Source: Candidatus Latescibacterota bacterium (GTDB lineage: Bacteria; Latescibacterota; UBA2968). From it: a stretch of 64,000 nt of DNA. The first letter of the stretch is position 1. The number at the start of each line of letters is the position of its first letter. The translations under genes were made by a program, and so were the position numbers. Under the pieces are notes generated by a model that saw only the letters and a list, made by a program, of their open reading frames with translations, was not told the DNA's origin and searched no databases. The stretch covers positions 4,128,001 through 4,192,000 of the forward strand of contig OZ244960.1 of the NCBI GenBank assembly GCA_965222605.1, read 5' to 3'. Of this stretch, positions 60,801-64,000 are shown in pieces.

Positions 60801-61235
60801 CACGGGCTGTAAATCGATTTCGTCAGCCGTTACATAGTATTTGCTCGCGGTCTTGTCAGGCTCTACGGGTGGACGCTGTGCCGTCACGATCAATTCTTCG
60901 GCTTCCAGTGCCGTTTCTTGGAGCCTGAAATCCACTGTGGAAGTATAGCCCACCACCACTTTCACATCTTGCTGCACCACCTTCTGGTACCCCACCAGGG
61001 AGGCTTCCATGCTGTGCGTTCCCGGCAGGACCAGCAAGATGATATAATATCCTTCTGCGTCTGCGGTCGCACCCCGGTTTGTTCCCACAATCACGACGTT
61101 GGCACCGGGCAATGGATCGCCCTTTGTATCCGTTACCCTGCCCGCTATTTTACCCGTTGTTGCCGCCTGTGCCCAATCCTGCACACCCAGGGTACATACC
61201 AGCAAAACGGACAAAAATGCTAACTTTCTTATCAT
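57888..61235 (-). CDS. TonB-dependent receptor with carboxypeptidase-regulatory-like N-domain
   Basis: TTGKIAGRVTD...PLPGANV, plug AEYGN...IINIVTREG, YAQDKMEF, SPRFGVSHPIT. Confidence 0.93.
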   Translation of the reverse strand: MIRKLAFLSVLLVCTLGVQDWAQAATTGKIAGRVTDTKGDPLPGANVVIVGTNRGATADAEGYYIILLVLPGTHSMEASLVGYQKVVQQDVKVVVGYTSTVDFRLQETALEAEELIVTAQRPPVEPDKTASKYYVTADEIDLQPVVKDAQAWAGLLPGVQKDGRSVRQGNFQMDEGERRAGWYTTTPKPISLTYTVDGVRMVNNDRRAANLFTGVNRASIQEISVVTGVPEAEYGNMDAGIINIVTREGGRDYHGFFEYRYTVAGKRHYGFNAYDPIIHLNQGTGRSRIRLDDPNWLQEMENIGADGLPGTADDSGRLVHIQPDDYTDISGHRLEGSLSGPIGNKTSFHVSAQTNRQPVQRPDPALQGLPNYQVTGKLTFGVKPNINLKVGGVYGTNQNFRNTRESALSAGRDLYLPAGIDGAGKEIEWNSMLYAYLTHSLSSRTLYELRISRSDSEQDSSEIPIETFNVVRDSDKWFTAAPRTVRDFRLNRQTRHNLKFDFSSQVTKGNFFKAGAGATWFQTYQWELQSRGNPGSYRLWSMYDYYASAQNRLGADGQMDFVPATTVNGVKLPDLSRASSLDDPAWNSYRDHPRKAFQLAAYAQDKMEFEGMVVNVGVRLDAFDHGGQTRPEPVWSVLPQNRWFSDADAALTRQGQTPYPNNPQSFPTYDGLNMFKLSPRFGVSHPITARSAIHFSYGRFFVLPIFYAMYGQTWQVASGRSIAQDLNADDRYSSYEYYGGLEMGSTKRGSTNSRPGSTVNYEVGVDWNFVSDYTANATMFYRRTEDYLQQNNTFLHDPVEKQIKRAHWYQNAYSGETRGLELAVSKRFSNFFSFRATWSWYWEQNNFYGGREWVSRWYVDSDFLAKDAYRFKFEIDQTTGERVWQPLSSAEVDAIGMFANQLVQQQVDANRELWITEKFANQVPDAQVGFPWTNERNIAATIATIGGVRGPANMRDATGDGSITFLFATPEGYGPEVGGSKVLSDLNVNLVLRIEPGTFFRYSQPTPSPATANKLIKNQLLFTNPTAFRTDFGIQKSFRIGKLRPTLFFEATNLFNAKKPRSIRRWNFFHDIPKYGLAENQPTPVVVRDNNQIWDQWNSYTNRTREIYFGVRTSM

Positions 61236-61272
61236 CTCGATGCCTCCTTACATAAAGGGTTGCTCTTTACAC

Positions 61273-62016
61273 TTACATCACATAGTACTTGACCGAAAGC
61301 CCGATTTCGAAATAGTGCAGCGGAAAGGTCCGCGCGACGCCATAAGACTCCAGCTGACGCAATTCCCCGATCAGCAAGTTCCACCGCGCCCGCGCATCAA
61401 CTGCTGCGCGACCACTTGTCAAGACCTCCACACCTAAACCCACATTGAACCCCCACGCCACATCCGTATCATCAAACGGTGCCAGTTCCAATGTCGTATC
61501 GATCCCCCCGCCCAGGTTGGGTTGTCCTGCAAAGATCAGGCCCGATACCGAATTTTTATAGTGGTAAAACCCACCGCCATAGGTGATGAAGGGGCCTCCC
61601 GTCATGCCATCCGAACCACCTGTTCGCTCATTCAGGTGATACAGGCCGTTAATCGTAAACGCATTGACTGTCATAGAATTGCGCGCCAGCGGACTTGTGA
61701 TTTTCTGCCACTCTTCCGGCTTGTCTTCGGGCCAATAAAAGGTGGCTTCTTGGATTTTGCCGGGACCAAAGTGCGTGCGGTGAAATTCTATCTCTAAGGT
61801 ATTGCGCGCATTCCGGGCATAGGTCAGATACAGCCCGAATGCTTCTTGTGCGCGAAAACGATCCTTCATTCCGAACACGGGAAAGTTGAAGTTTCCGCTC
61901 AAACCCAAGCCAACTTTCCCCACCACGCCAGTGTCCTGCCCATGGCTATCGCCCTGGCTATTGCCCGGAAGCGCGAAGAATATCAAACAAACTGCGGAAA
62001 TTATCACTCGTTTCAT
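61273..62016 (-). CDS. Small outer-membrane beta-barrel protein
   Basis: Signal peptide, alternating beta strands, C-terminal FEIGLSVKYY. AGGAGG RBS. Confidence 0.75.
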   Translation of the reverse strand: MKRVIISAVCLIFFALPGNSQGDSHGQDTGVVGKVGLGLSGNFNFPVFGMKDRFRAQEAFGLYLTYARNARNTLEIEFHRTHFGPGKIQEATFYWPEDKPEEWQKITSPLARNSMTVNAFTINGLYHLNERTGGSDGMTGGPFITYGGGFYHYKNSVSGLIFAGQPNLGGGIDTTLELAPFDDTDVAWGFNVGLGVEVLTSGRAAVDARARWNLLIGELRQLESYGVARTFPLHYFEIGLSVKYYVM

Positions 62017-62256
62017 ACGCAACCCTCCTTAATATTGATATGGTGGATTTCAAATCGTTTCTCTCCTGCATAGAATCATTCCTTTCTGCTCTGCGTAAAT
62101 TGCCCACTAACTCGATAGCCCGTAGATGTTATCACCCAATCGCTATCTGCCTCTTCATCACACCATTTATTTTCAGGGCTAATAAAAGTGTGTGTGCAAA
62201 ATTAGCAAATATTCATAAATTATAAAGATATTGATATTGGTTATAAAAATCATTTA

Positions 62257-62285
62257 AAACTAAACCGCCTGTACGCGGATGTCAA
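62257..62285 (-). promoter_or_regulatory. Putative sigma70 promoter for the OMP/TonB receptor operon
   Basis: TTGACA-17 nt-TAGTTT on the minus strand, ahead of an AT-rich leader. Confidence 0.4.
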
Positions 62286-62334
62286 GCAGTTTTATCTGGC
62301 TTAGTTCAAAAAAAAGTCTGCGTATCGTTTCCTC

Positions 62335-64000
62335 TCACCGAACCCCAAAGGTCGTTTTTTTTCTAACCTGCACGCCGCTTACCAGATCTTCTACGGTTAC
62401 CTGCACCTCATGGTCGCCTTTTCCAGCTCCGTCGAGGTTCAACTCCACATAAGAGAGGCCGTCTGTGGTATTCCCGGTCTGGTCATAGGTCACGCTCACG
62501 CCCTGTTGCCTCTCTTCTTTTCCCAGCAGACGACCCAGTCCGGCGAGCACGCGGGCACCCCGGCCTTTTTGGTCCTTGGATTGGATGTCATAGGTCACGC
62601 GGTAATGCGTTTGTCCAAATTCATCTCTGCTCAGGTGATAGATTTCAAAATAGAGAAAGGCCGGATGTTTTTCTGGGAATGCCCATACCGACATGGGCAT
62701 TATATTCAATCCTTGCTTGACAAAAACACCTTCTGACGGTGTCTCATCTGAGATTGACCAGGCCAGCTCGATGTCGCTCAAATTCAAGTCGGCTCTGGAA
62801 TAGTCTTCTAATACCACCTGTTGTTTGTAAATCTGAAACCGCCGCGTTTCCGCTTCCCGAACCCGCAGGCCGAGTTCATAAGTTCCCGGCGGTGCTTCTA
62901 TGGCGGCCATATCGAGCACCAGGTTTTGCCATCCTTTGGATGTATCGACTGAGGCTTGTAAAAATGTTTCATTCAGGAAAAATTTTCGCTCGTCCCGGTA
63001 CGTCTGATCCACTTCGGGATCTGTTAGCGCCGCATTGCGTACCACCCATGTGCCTTCCTGTTTTTTTAGAAGTGAATCCGGCGGGATACCGCTGTAGATT
63101 TCCAGGCGCGTGCGCCCATCCTTTCCCTTAAAGCTGGCGGTGCGATACCAGAAATCCAGGGGCTGGGCGCCCCGGGCAAAATCGTGAAAATCGGGAATCC
63201 GTCCGGACATTTTGTTTACCACCAGTTCTGGAGAATGGTACAGAAAATCCGTCAGGTCTCGCACCGCGACATAACGCTCTTTTAATTCATTGGGCACATG
63301 CGTGGGTACGGGGGCAAAATCGAAATTGCCCTGAAAATACTCGTCGGTAAATGTGACCTCCAGTCCCTCGGCGACCATGGTATATACCCAGGATTCCCAG
63401 GGTACTATGCTGGCGTCTTCGCGGTTGGTAACTGGCATGAACAAGCTCATCGCCTGCTCGACAAACCGCTCTTGGCGCACCCGCGACGGCGAGAAGCTCA
63501 GATCGCCCGTGTTCACATCGCCCAGTGCGGCCAGAGTTTGTTCTTGATCCACAATTCGGTTCACCTGGTCGCCTTCACCTGCGTCGGAAGCCTGTACCCG
63601 TTCCGATAACTCAGTGCGTTCGGCATCCTGGGCGTCTTCCAGCAAAAAAATGAGTTGGATCTCATCCGAGGTCAAACCGAGGTCCTGTGGGCCGGGTGCT
63701 TTCGTGCTAAAAGCCCGGTTGCTCCGAACGGGAAATACCGGTCCTGTAAAAAATTCGCCGACTGCGTCCGGTCCGTAGAGATCTACAGCCATCCGCTCCT
63801 TGATGCGCTGTGCCTTGGGCGGCATATCGGCATTTAGACGGTTCGATGTTGACCGATAATCGGGTTCACCGTAACGGATGTACACTTCGCCCCGCCGATC
63901 CCAGGGGTACATCGCTTTTGAAAAATGCGTGCGTACGTGCCAGACCCGGCGGTAGTGCTCTGCCTGGCGCAAAAACCCGCCGGATACGCGCGATAGATCG
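62335..64000 (-). CDS. GWxTD-domain protein, 5'-partial
   Basis: EHYRR...YPWDRRGEVYIRYGEPD, WESWVY, LSDIELA. Paralog of 36893-39322. Confidence 0.88.
   Translation of the reverse strand, partial: DLSRVSGGFLRQAEHYRRVWHVRTHFSKAMYPWDRRGEVYIRYGEPDYRSTSNRLNADMPPKAQRIKERMAVDLYGPDAVGEFFTGPVFPVRSNRAFSTKAPGPQDLGLTSDEIQLIFLLEDAQDAERTELSERVQASDAGEGDQVNRIVDQEQTLAALGDVNTGDLSFSPSRVRQERFVEQAMSLFMPVTNREDASIVPWESWVYTMVAEGLEVTFTDEYFQGNFDFAPVPTHVPNELKERYVAVRDLTDFLYHSPELVVNKMSGRIPDFHDFARGAQPLDFWYRTASFKGKDGRTRLEIYSGIPPDSLLKKQEGTWVVRNAALTDPEVDQTYRDERKFFLNETFLQASVDTSKGWQNLVLDMAAIEAPPGTYELGLRVREAETRRFQIYKQQVVLEDYSRADLNLSDIELAWSISDETPSEGVFVKQGLNIMPMSVWAFPEKHPAFLYFEIYHLSRDEFGQTHYRVTYDIQSKDQKGRGARVLAGLGRLLGKEERQQGVSVTYDQTGNTTDGLSYVELNLDGAGKGDHEVQVTVEDLVSGVQVRKKTTFGVR

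Overview
Gene-dense bacterial window with mostly moderate-to-high GC. TonB receptor, PorV-like and GWxTD genes, ASPIC/UnbV proteins and several PhyH-family dioxygenases suggest a diderm FCB-group lineage such as Latescibacterota or Gemmatimonadota (inference). Order of content: end of an IS256 element fused to the 3' remnant of a prokaryotic Argonaute; small-protein/HNH pair; orphan DNA methyltransferase; carbohydrate and central-metabolism genes (debranching enzyme, frameshifted DUF4038 hydrolase, glcB, coaX); a three-gene nucleotide-sugar module; PcfJ and C45 hydrolase; a catabolic cluster with a 39-bp duplication; osmoprotectant ABC transporter; trmB; Tm-1-like/TIM-barrel pair; a TnpB-only IS200/IS605 element with both end hairpins; a GWxTD-UbiA-desaturase-CruF-like operon; an AT-rich chlD-like chelatase gene with slippery A-tracts; a TPR/ASPIC-UnbV/MacB/octaheme cytochrome cluster; and a TonB receptor-cargo-PorV cassette. 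No rRNA, tRNA or CRISPR array was seen. All family calls come from motif recognition by eye, not database searches.
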